In this document: in pieces, positions 43,767 through 51,697 of the stretch
Position numbering within the stretch: position 1 is the first letter of the stretch
Layout of the letters: every line of letters starts with the position of its first letter
The notes under the pieces: model-generated
Databases searched by the model: none
The model's input: only the letters and a program-made list of their open reading frames with translations
What the model was told of the DNA's origin: nothing
Made by a program: the position numbers and the translations under genes
Source: an uncultured Acidobacteriota bacterium
GTDB lineage: Bacteria; Acidobacteriota; Vicinamibacteria; Vicinamibacterales; 2-12-FULL-66-21
Direction of reading: 5' to 3'
DNA length: 64,000 nt
Assembly: GCA_963847125.1 (NCBI GenBank)
Contig: CAWJYM010000009.1
Span: 1,106,658-1,170,657 of the forward strand

Positions 43767-45564
43767 ATGTGGCCCCTTCCTCGTCTGTTGTCGCGCCAAA
43801 CCGCTGCGCCTGGAGATCGAACATCGTCCGGTATCGGCCACGCAGGGCCATCAGCTCCTCATGCGTGCCGAGCTCGACGACGCGCCCTTTTTCGAGCACG
43901 CAGATCCGATCGGCCTGCCGCACCGTGGAGAAACGGTGAGAGATGAGGATGGTCGTGCAGCGACGCGTCGCGGTGAGGATGCGGTCGAAGATCTCCGCCT
44001 CGCCTCGCACGTCGAGCTGCGCGGTCGGCTCGTCGAGCAGGACGAGGCCGGCCCCGAGCTGCACCGCGCACAAGGCGCGGGCGAGGGCGACGCGCTGCCA
44101 CTGGCCGCCGGAGAGATCGGTGCCGCCTTCGTAGCCGCGCGCGAGCACGGTGTCCAGGCCCGCGAGGTCCGCCGCCCCCGCTGACGTCAGCGCGCCGCGC
44201 ACGACGTCGTCGGTCGCGCCCGCGGGAGCGACGTTGTCGCGGAGCGGCAGCTCGAATCGGGTGAAATCCTGAAACACCGCGGTCACACGGCGGCGCCAGG
44301 AATCGACCGGCAGATCGCGGAGATCGACGCCGTCGATCTCGATCGCCCCCGACTGCGGATCGTACAAACGGCACAGCAGCTTGGCGAGCGTCGTCTTGCC
44401 GGCGCCGTTCTGGCCGACGATGGCAAGCGAGGATCCGGCGGGTATGGTCAGGTCGAAGCGATCGAGGACCTGCGCGCCCGCTGGGTACGCGAAACTCAGC
44501 TCACGGAATCTAATCTCGCGCTTCGGCAGGCCGTCGGCCGCTCGGCGTGCCGATTCGACGCGCACCGAGAGCGCACCGGCGGGCGCCATCGCCGGCTCGA
44601 GCCGCAGCACCGCGGCGACCGGGGCCGCGGACCCCTCGAGCGCCCAGTTGAGGCCGCCGAACGCGATCATCGAAGTGCCAACGGCGCTCTGCGCGAACAC
44701 GACGACCTGCGCGAGCGTCAGGCCGCCGGCGTCCGCCGCGTTGGCGAGCGACCAGAACACGGCCAGGTTGGCGGCCACGACCAGCAGCAGGCTGAGCAAC
44801 ACGGGCTTCTCGCGAAGCCGCGTCGCTTCGTATTGAAGCGCGTGCAGCCGCGTGCGGCGCGCGACGAAGCGATCGAGCGTCCAGGTTGAGAGGCCGAACA
44901 GGCGCAGCTCCTTCGCCGGCGCCGGATCGACGGCGAGCCGGTAGGCGTACTCGGCGTCGCGCTGCGCCGCGCGGACGACGTCCGTCTGGCGGTCGTGCCA
45001 GACGGCGCTCTCGCGGAGGAGCCAGTGCGTCGCGAGCCATCCGGCGCAGAGCACGATCGGCGCCCACCAGGCGTACGCGAACAGCACCACGGCGCACGCG
45101 AGACCGCCGACCAGCCCGACCAGGCCGTCGGCGATGAAATCGACGGAAATGTTCAGCGGTGGGCCGGTCATGCCGATGTCGAAGTCCCGCGCGACGGTCA
45201 GGTCGGTGGTGAGCTTCGGATCCTCGAGGTGCCCGATGCCGGGCGGGCGCACGCACGCCTCCGTCAGCCGGTCGTACAGCCACGCGGCGGTTCGATCGCC
45301 AAGATTGGCACTCACCGCCTGGTGGATGGGCGTGAGCACCTGGAGCAGGACGAACACGCCGCCGGCGAAGCCGAGCGGGCCGGCAAGGCTGTCTCCCCTT
45401 TCCACGGCGCCCACGAGCGCGCCCATCGCGACCGCGAACAGGGCCGGCAGCACGCCGCGCAGCAGGAGCACGCCCCACCAGGCGGCGGCGAGGCGGCCGT
45501 CGGCCTTCGGCAGGACGGCGAAGAACTTCCACTCCTTGCGGTCACGCAAACGCGATAACACCAT
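43750..45564 (-). CDS. ABC exporter, fused permease/ATPase half-transporter (first of a pair)
   Basis: Walker A GQNGAGKTT, signature LSGGQWQRVALARA, Walker B LVLLDEPTAQLD. TM domain upstream. Confidence 0.9.
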   Translation of the reverse strand: MVLSRLRDRKEWKFFAVLPKADGRLAAAWWGVLLLRGVLPALFAVAMGALVGAVERGDSLAGPLGFAGGVFVLLQVLTPIHQAVSANLGDRTAAWLYDRLTEACVRPPGIGHLEDPKLTTDLTVARDFDIGMTGPPLNISVDFIADGLVGLVGGLACAVVLFAYAWWAPIVLCAGWLATHWLLRESAVWHDRQTDVVRAAQRDAEYAYRLAVDPAPAKELRLFGLSTWTLDRFVARRTRLHALQYEATRLREKPVLLSLLLVVAANLAVFWSLANAADAGGLTLAQVVVFAQSAVGTSMIAFGGLNWALEGSAAPVAAVLRLEPAMAPAGALSVRVESARRAADGLPKREIRFRELSFAYPAGAQVLDRFDLTIPAGSSLAIVGQNGAGKTTLAKLLCRLYDPQSGAIEIDGVDLRDLPVDSWRRRVTAVFQDFTRFELPLRDNVAPAGATDDVVRGALTSAGAADLAGLDTVLARGYEGGTDLSGGQWQRVALARALCAVQLGAGLVLLDEPTAQLDVRGEAEIFDRILTATRRCTTILISHRFSTVRQADRICVLEKGRVVELGTHEELMALRGRYRTMFDLQAQRFGATTDEEGATYDVLA

Positions 45565-45578
45565 CGGGACCCGCTAAA

Positions 45579-48284
45579 ATGAACACCTCAGCACTGATGC
45601 CGCTTTCCTCGGGCGCGCGCCTCGGCCCCTACGAAATCCTCTCGGCCCTCGGCGCCGGGGGTATGGGCGAAGTGTATCGCGCGCGAGACACGAAACTGAA
45701 TCGCGAAGTGGCGCTGAAGGTCCTTCCGCCGGCGTTCACGGCGGACGCCGATCGCGTGGCGCGCTTCGAGCGCGAAGCGCGGCTGCTCGCTTCGCTCAAT
45801 CATCCGCACATCGGCTCGATCTACGGTCTTGAAGATGCTGGCAACGTGCCGGCCCTGGTCCTCGAGCTGGTGGAGGGCGACACCTTAGAGGATCGCGTGC
45901 GCCGCGGGCGGCTGCCCCTCTCCGAGGCTCTGCCCGTCGCGCAACAGATCGCCGACGCGCTCGACGCCGCCCACGCGTCCGGGATCATCCATCGCGATCT
46001 CAAACCTTCCAACATCAAGATTACGCGCGATGGGATGGTCAAGGTGCTCGACTTCGGCCTCGCAAAGGCCCTCGCGGCCGAAGAATCCGGGCCGGATCCT
46101 GCGAAGTCCCCGACCATGACGGCCGGAACGATCGCCGGCGTCATTCTCGGTACCGCCGCGTACATGAGCCCGGAGCAGGCGCGGGGCCGGGCGGTCGACA
46201 AACGCACCGACGTCTGGGCCTTCGGGTGCGTGCTGTTCGAGATGTTGACGGGCGCGTCAGCGTTCGGACGAGAGACCGTCACGGACACCATCGCCGCCGT
46301 CGTCGGCGCCGAACCCGAATGGACGTCCCTGCCGGCCGATACGCCGGCGAGCATCCGGCGCCTCCTGACCCGTTGCCTGCAGAAGGATGCCAGGCGGCGG
46401 CTTCATGACATCGCAGACGCACGGATCGAGCTCGACGACGCGATGGCTGCGCCGGCCGGACCGGCTCTCGGGCAGAAGCGACGATCGTGGACGCGTCCGA
46501 TGGTCCTGGCGCTCTCGCTCGGGGCCGCGACAGCCTTCGTGGTCCTCTGGGCGGCGCGCGACAGATTCGGAAGGCCCTCGGAACCGCCGCCGGATGCGCG
46601 CGTCGTGCGGCTCACGGATCTTCCCGGCCTCGAGGAGTCGCCGGCCATCTCACCCGACGGCAGGTCGGTGGCGTTCGCCGCCGGCGTGGACGGCAAGCGA
46701 CAGCTCTTCGTCAAGCTCATTGCCGGCGGCGCGCCGCTGCAAATCACCCGCGATCTGGTCGATCACGAGTACCCGCGCTGGTCGCCCGACTCGAGCTCCA
46801 TCTTCTATTTTTCGGCGGCGACGTCGGGAGAACTTCAAGGGAGCATCTGGGAGATCCCGGCGCTTGGCGGCGTGCCACGCCGCGTCGTCAACAGCGTGGG
46901 CGGCGCCGACGTCAACCCGACGGACGGGCGGCTTGCGCTTTTCCGGCTGGCGAAGGAAGGCCTCCAGCTGGTGTCCGCGCCGGCTGACGGTTCCAGGTTC
47001 GACGTGGTCGCCGAGTTCGCACCCGCCACGTACTACTTGTATCCCCGCTGGTCGCCAGACGGCAGATGGATTGCCTTTCAACGCGGCGACAGCGTCAGGT
47101 TCGACGTGTTCATTGCGCCAACAGATGGAGGCGAACCGCGCCAGTTGACGCACGACAACAACATGATGAGCGGTTACGCCTGGCTGCCCGACAGCACCGG
47201 CATCGTCTACAGCTCGAGTCGCGGCGGCACGATGCCGTATCTGCCGGCGTTGGGCCTCTGGCTGGTGACCTTGCGTGATGGAAGCGTACGGCGGGTCACA
47301 TCGGGCGAGGCGTCGTACGTCAGTCCGGATATCTCGAAACACGGCGCAATACTCGTCAGCCGCATGAAGCTGGAGACCGACATCTGGAAGTTCCCCGTCG
47401 ACGGTCCGCCCGCCGAGAACGTGCGCCGCGCCGTTCGTGTGACGCGGCAGACCGGACAGGTCCTCACACCCACGGCCAGTCCGGGTGACAAAGAAGTCGC
47501 GTTTCTCTCCGACAGCGGCGGTCACGCAAACCTGTGGATCGTGAACACCGAGAGCGGCGGGTTACGCCAGATCACTCACGAGCGCGACCCGAGCGTAGCG
47601 ATGGGCGTCCCCGTGTGGTCACCCGATGGGCGCGCCATCGCGTTCGTCTCCTCGCGCGGCAATCAGGGGTGGATATTCGGAGTCTGGCTGGTGGATCCGG
47701 ATGGAAGCAACCTGCGCAACATCGCGAACCCCGGTCTCGGCCCTGCGTGGTCGCCGGACGGCCGCTGGGTGTATTTCGCGACGCGGGGAGGCGCGGCCGC
47801 CACGGATGTTGTGCTGAACAAAGTGCCAGTTGACGGCGGGCCGGCCGTCACCGTGAGAACCGAGCGGTTGCGCAACGTCATCGGCCTGGACGGAACGACT
47901 CTGTACTACTCCTTCGAGCGGCCGTTGATGGATGGCACGCCGGAATTCGAAATCCGGGCCGCCACTCCGGAGAACGCGCCGTTTCGCGTGGTCGCGCGCA
48001 TTCCAGCCTCGCGCGTGCCAATCTGGCAGATCGTCAACCCGGCGCTGTCCCCGGACGGGAAATGGCTGGCCCAGGCCCTGACCGACGGATCGACCACCAA
48101 CGTCTGGGCGCTCTCGACGACGACCGGCGAATGGCGTCAGATCACCGACTTCGGCGAGCGCACCACGTTCATCGCCCGCCGCGTGTCCTGGTCGTCCGAC
48201 GGCCGCTCGATCCTCGCGGCGGTCGGCGAGGGCGACTCCGACATCGTCATGCTTGAAGGCCTGACGAAGGTCGGGCGTAACTGA
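45579..48284 (+). CDS. Ser/Thr protein kinase fused to a TolB/PD40 beta-propeller (paralogue 2)
   Basis: GAGGMGEVYRARD ... VALKVL ... HRDLKPSNIKI ... DFGLAK ... YMSPEQ. One TM (MVLALSLGAATAFVVLWAA). SPDG blades (ISPDGRSVAF, WSPDGRWIAF, WSPDGRAIAF, WSPDGRWVYF, LSPDGKWLA). Confidence 0.92.
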   Translation: MNTSALMPLSSGARLGPYEILSALGAGGMGEVYRARDTKLNREVALKVLPPAFTADADRVARFEREARLLASLNHPHIGSIYGLEDAGNVPALVLELVEGDTLEDRVRRGRLPLSEALPVAQQIADALDAAHASGIIHRDLKPSNIKITRDGMVKVLDFGLAKALAAEESGPDPAKSPTMTAGTIAGVILGTAAYMSPEQARGRAVDKRTDVWAFGCVLFEMLTGASAFGRETVTDTIAAVVGAEPEWTSLPADTPASIRRLLTRCLQKDARRRLHDIADARIELDDAMAAPAGPALGQKRRSWTRPMVLALSLGAATAFVVLWAARDRFGRPSEPPPDARVVRLTDLPGLEESPAISPDGRSVAFAAGVDGKRQLFVKLIAGGAPLQITRDLVDHEYPRWSPDSSSIFYFSAATSGELQGSIWEIPALGGVPRRVVNSVGGADVNPTDGRLALFRLAKEGLQLVSAPADGSRFDVVAEFAPATYYLYPRWSPDGRWIAFQRGDSVRFDVFIAPTDGGEPRQLTHDNNMMSGYAWLPDSTGIVYSSSRGGTMPYLPALGLWLVTLRDGSVRRVTSGEASYVSPDISKHGAILVSRMKLETDIWKFPVDGPPAENVRRAVRVTRQTGQVLTPTASPGDKEVAFLSDSGGHANLWIVNTESGGLRQITHERDPSVAMGVPVWSPDGRAIAFVSSRGNQGWIFGVWLVDPDGSNLRNIANPGLGPAWSPDGRWVYFATRGGAAATDVVLNKVPVDGGPAVTVRTERLRNVIGLDGTTLYYSFERPLMDGTPEFEIRAATPENAPFRVVARIPASRVPIWQIVNPALSPDGKWLAQALTDGSTTNVWALSTTTGEWRQITDFGERTTFIARRVSWSSDGRSILAAVGEGDSDIVMLEGLTKVGRN

Positions 48285-48287
48285 CGC

Positions 48288-49502
48288 CTAGCTTCCTTTC
48301 AGCGCGACCAGATATTCCACGACAGCGCGGCACGCGGGGTTGTTCGTCACCTCGATTGCGGTCTCGGCCCACGCAAGCGGGGTGCCGTCGTGTTCCTCGT
48401 CGCGCGCGTCGATGTCCGCGCCGGCGCCCACGAGCAGCTTCACCATCCGGAGATCCCCGTTCCACGCGGCCGAGTGCAGCGCCGTGTGCCGCGACGCCGC
48501 GTTCGAGCGGGCGTTGACATTCCCTCCTCGCGCGATGAGCCATTCGGCCAACTCGTGGTGGCCGAAATCCACTGCGCCCATCATGACGGCCGCCGATCGC
48601 GCGACGCCCGGATCGGCCGCAATCATCTGCACAAGCGTGCCCCGATCGCCGAGCCGGGCGTGCTCTTCAGGCGCAGCGGACACGCCGCGCGAGATCAGAT
48701 GCCTCACGAGCGGCTGGCCGCGCGGCCCCAACCGGCTCATCGACTCGATCGGCGTCGAGCCCCAGCGATCCTTTGCGTCGGTTGGAACCCCCAGGTCGAT
48801 GAGGCGATCGATTGCGAGCGTCGTCCGCGCGAAGTTCAGAAGCGAGGCGGCGTTGGGCACGTTCGCGGGAAGCGCCGTGGCGCCCGGCCGCAGCAACGCC
48901 TCGACGCGCACGTCATCGGCGAGGAGCAGAGCCTCCGCCAGGCCAACGCGCGCTCCGCGGCGAAGCAGCTCGTCGCGCATCTCCTCACGGCCCTTCCCGA
49001 CCGCCACCATCAACGGCGACCAGTGATCGTACTGATCGTTCACGCCGTTGACGTCGGCGCCGGCGTCGAGCAGGAGGTCGAACATGTCCCGCCGTTTCGT
49101 CTCAATCGCGACGTGAAGGGGCTGCGGCCGCCCGCCCCAGAACGGATGCGGGCCCACGGCGTTGACCATGTCGGGCGCGGCCGCAAGGATTCGGCGGACC
49201 TCGTCGACACGGCCGCTGCCGACGAGCCTCAGGAACGTCTGGACTACGTCGTCGCGGGTGAGCTGCGGAGCACCCGACGGCTCACTCGCGGACGCCTCGC
49301 GTTCGCGTTCCTCGACGTGCCGCTTGAGCTTGCGCCAGCTGTCGAAGCCGTAGTCGCGCGCGATCGCAAGCTGGGCGTCGGCCAGCCGAACGGACGCGTC
49401 GCCCGCACGAAGCTGCTTCAGCGCGCGAAGCCGCTTCAACCTTTGTTTAGCGGTCTTTCTGAGCCACTCGAGGTTGGGACGGGCGGGCAGCGACAGCGGC
49501 AT
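48288..49502 (-). CDS. Ankyrin-repeat protein
   Basis: Ankyrin consensus pieces (PLHVAIETKRRDMFDLLLDAGADVNG; TALHSAAWNGDLRMVKLLVGAGADIDARD). N-terminal helical LEWLRKTAKQRLKRLR ... ARDYGFDSWRKLKRHVEE. Convergent with the kinase, 3 nt apart. Confidence 0.85.
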   Translation of the reverse strand: MPLSLPARPNLEWLRKTAKQRLKRLRALKQLRAGDASVRLADAQLAIARDYGFDSWRKLKRHVEEREREASASEPSGAPQLTRDDVVQTFLRLVGSGRVDEVRRILAAAPDMVNAVGPHPFWGGRPQPLHVAIETKRRDMFDLLLDAGADVNGVNDQYDHWSPLMVAVGKGREEMRDELLRRGARVGLAEALLLADDVRVEALLRPGATALPANVPNAASLLNFARTTLAIDRLIDLGVPTDAKDRWGSTPIESMSRLGPRGQPLVRHLISRGVSAAPEEHARLGDRGTLVQMIAADPGVARSAAVMMGAVDFGHHELAEWLIARGGNVNARSNAASRHTALHSAAWNGDLRMVKLLVGAGADIDARDEEHDGTPLAWAETAIEVTNNPACRAVVEYLVALKGS

Positions 49503-49695
49503 CGGACACCTTCTCTCTCATGCGCCCGGCGTCCGCGTTTCACGGGCAGAAAGAAGGTGAACGTGTGGTCGCGACAGGTGGGTTCAACCCTTCACGCGGA
49601 CCGTGAGCTCCCTGAAAAGCGACGGCAGGATATCACACGGCAGTAGCTGGCTATGATTCAGCCCACGAGCGGAACCATGGCCTGAGCGGAGAAGA

Positions 49696-49931
49696 GCTTT
49701 TAACGCGGAGCGCGCAGAGGGCGCGGAGGGTGAGCTGGAAGCAGGAGCGGCCGGGGCCCGACCGCCGGTCGGGCCTGGCGTTGCACGAACGAGCCCGCAC
49801 GCAAAAGCCTCGGAAAGAGAACCTCGAAGTGGCTCTTACGTGCGGGCTCGTTCGCGCAACGCACGCGCCGGAGGCGCGCCGGCCGCTCCGCTTCCAGCGT
49901 CTGCGTTCTTTGCGTCCTCGGCGTTAAAGGC
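49696..49931. repeat. MITE-like structured intergenic element: ~33-bp imperfect terminal inverted repeats flanking a 24-bp-stem hairpin
   Basis: Left end gcttttaacgcggagcgcgcagagggcgcggag versus the reverse complement of the right end gcgtctgcgttctttgcgtcctcggcgttaaaggc (roughly 70 percent match by eye). Central arms 49778-49801 and 49839-49862 (one mismatch), 37-nt loop. Extra hairpin GGCCCGAC-cgccg-GTCGGGCC at about 49756-49776. Confidence 0.55.
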
Positions 49932-49957
49932 TTTTGGCCCGAACCTCCTCGAACCCG

Positions 49958-51073
49958 CTACTGTTTTTTCAGATAGTTCTGATGGACGAGCTTCGCCGGA
50001 GCCGGTTTCCCGCTCCGCTCCGGCTCTTGATAGGCGTACTCGTACAGCACCGTCTTGTTGCCTTCGACCGTTCGCTGATGCATTGACGAGCCGAGTTTCT
50101 CCGACTTGCTGCTGCCGCCGGAGGGATTCGACAGGAATGCGAGTGCCGCTTCCTTGCCTGGCGCGGCCGCCGGCGTCCCCGCTTCGCGCGAGAGCATCGC
50201 CTCGGTGGCGTACGAATCGAGCAGCTTGCGAGACAGCTTCTGAAACAGCGCCGGCGAGGCGTAGACATCGGCCGACACGACCTCGCCGTTGATCGCGACC
50301 GCGATCCCGATCGCGCTTTTGTCCTTCTGGACGTGCGGCAGCAGGGCCTTCACGAACGTGGTTCGATTGCCTTGCAGCGCCGGGTTCTCGACGATGGCGT
50401 TGTAGGTGCCGGTCGAGGAGAGCGTGGCGGCTCCAGACGGGGGCGCATACGCGACGTCGACGGTTCGTACGGCGTCGGTCGCCTTCGCGTCAGCCTTGGC
50501 CACCTCTTCCCACACTCTCGTCTGGCTCTTCTCTCCCTGAATGGCGCGCTTGAGCGCCACGCCGCCCGCGATGCCGGTGTTCTTGCCAAACACCGCGCTG
50601 CTGTCGCGCGCCGTCCAGCGGCCTCTCTCGACGCAGAAGGCGTCTATCGGCGTCGGCTGCGAATGAGGCGGCAGCGTCAGGTCGGTCATGATCGTCCGAT
50701 CCTGCTTCCCCCCCTTGACGATGTCGCCTGCCTGCAGGAAGAGCCACTTGTCTGACCGGTTCTCGATTTCGAGCGAGTTGACCTCGGCGCGATCCTGACC
50801 CTGGCGCGCGCCCTTCTCGCGCACGGCGACCAGTCCCGCGTTCAGTCCTTCATCCAGCGTGAGGTACTCGCGCGTATCGACCACCGCCCCACGAATCACG
50901 TACACGGCGAGGTTGTCGTGCGTGTAGGGTCCGCCGATGGTGAAGGCTTGAGAGCCTGCCTGGGGCGGGTCCTCCGTGTTCATGACGCCTGTCGCGAGGC
51001 CAGCCATCGTGAGGAGTCCCGTGGACGCCGAGAGGAGCATCATCGCAGAGGCGCACAATCGAGGCATGGGCAT
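49958..51073 (-). CDS. Secreted hypothetical protein (possibly the DUF6569/ARPP-1-type family; assignment from memory, unverified)
   Basis: Signal-like N-terminus MPMPRLCASAMMLLSASTGLLTMAG. Conserved-looking blocks NSLEIENRSDKWLFLQAGDIVKGGKQDRT and IDAFCVERGRW. 371 aa. Confidence 0.6.
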   Translation of the reverse strand: MPMPRLCASAMMLLSASTGLLTMAGLATGVMNTEDPPQAGSQAFTIGGPYTHDNLAVYVIRGAVVDTREYLTLDEGLNAGLVAVREKGARQGQDRAEVNSLEIENRSDKWLFLQAGDIVKGGKQDRTIMTDLTLPPHSQPTPIDAFCVERGRWTARDSSAVFGKNTGIAGGVALKRAIQGEKSQTRVWEEVAKADAKATDAVRTVDVAYAPPSGAATLSSTGTYNAIVENPALQGNRTTFVKALLPHVQKDKSAIGIAVAINGEVVSADVYASPALFQKLSRKLLDSYATEAMLSREAGTPAAAPGKEAALAFLSNPSGGSSKSEKLGSSMHQRTVEGNKTVLYEYAYQEPERSGKPAPAKLVHQNYLKKQ

Positions 51074-51090
51074 ACCTTCTCCTTACGCTG

Positions 51091-51179
51091 TGGTACGACC
51101 CTTCAGGGTCGTCTCGGCCCGCAAACGAGGCTAAAGCCTCGTACCACGAGTGCCGGACGAGGCTAAAGCCTCGTACCAC
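51091..51179. repeat. Three REP-like hairpins of the GTGGTACGA-NNN-loop-NNN-TCGT family in the 5' region of the 49958-51073 gene
   Basis: gtggtACGACCCttcaGGGTCGT (51091-51112). ACGAGGCtaaaGCCTCGTaccac at 51125-51147 and 51157-51179, in the opposite orientation. A fourth member lies at 27235-27257. Confidence 0.8.
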
Positions 51180-51277
51180 AGGAACGCGGGACGTCCGGTT
51201 TCTTGCAGCGGGGGCCGATCCCGGCTACCGCTGCGGTATGGAGTAATAGACTCCGGAACTCGACATTGGGTCGGGTG

Positions 51278-51499
51278 TTACCGGGGACTCGCTGGGGGCG
51301 CGGTTACAGGTATCGCGGGACGCTCGAATGGACCAAACGACGGAAGCCGATCGACGACGCGGCCGACGAAGGTCACACCGCCAAGAGCCAGATGAGCGGC
51401 GCCGGCCACGACATAGTCCCCCGGTCGTTGCCGCTTTCGTGAGAGTTGTTCGGTCGCCCACACAACGACGCGTATCAGAAAGAGGCCTAGAGGTCCCAT
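51278..51499 (-). CDS. Possible small two-TM protein (hypothetical)
   Basis: ATG preceded by AGGAG 6 nt upstream (taggagcagaacATG). Hydrophobic MGPLGLFLIRVVVWA and YVVAGAAHLALGGVTFVG. No family recognised. Confidence 0.35.
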   Translation of the reverse strand: MGPLGLFLIRVVVWATEQLSRKRQRPGDYVVAGAAHLALGGVTFVGRVVDRLPSFGPFERPAIPVTAPPASPR

Positions 51500-51593
51500 G
51501 TTCTGCTCCTACTAGTAAGGATACGCAGCGCCGCGGTCATCGACCGTCAGAATGCGGTACGAGTCTGGTGAGGATTCAGTGAGGGAGACACCG

Positions 51594-51683
51594 TCAGAAC
51601 TCCAGGAACCCTCCGGCGATATGGAACGCGCCAAAGATCAGAGCCAACATTCCGGTGAACGCTACCCAGAAATGCAGAGTCAT
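51594..51683 (-). CDS. Possible 29-aa hydrophobic micropeptide directly downstream of the kinase gene
   Basis: MTLHFWVAFTGMLALIFGAFHIAGGFLEF. ATG 14 nt after the kinase stop. No strong RBS. Confidence 0.25.
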   Translation of the reverse strand: MTLHFWVAFTGMLALIFGAFHIAGGFLEF

Positions 51684-51697
51684 CCTGTTGCCGGAGC

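Noticed and set aside
49570-49600. GGGTTCAACCC motif considered as a tRNA T-arm
   Set aside because: The flanking bases do not form a T-stem, acceptor stem or anticodon arm. No cloverleaf can be drawn by hand.
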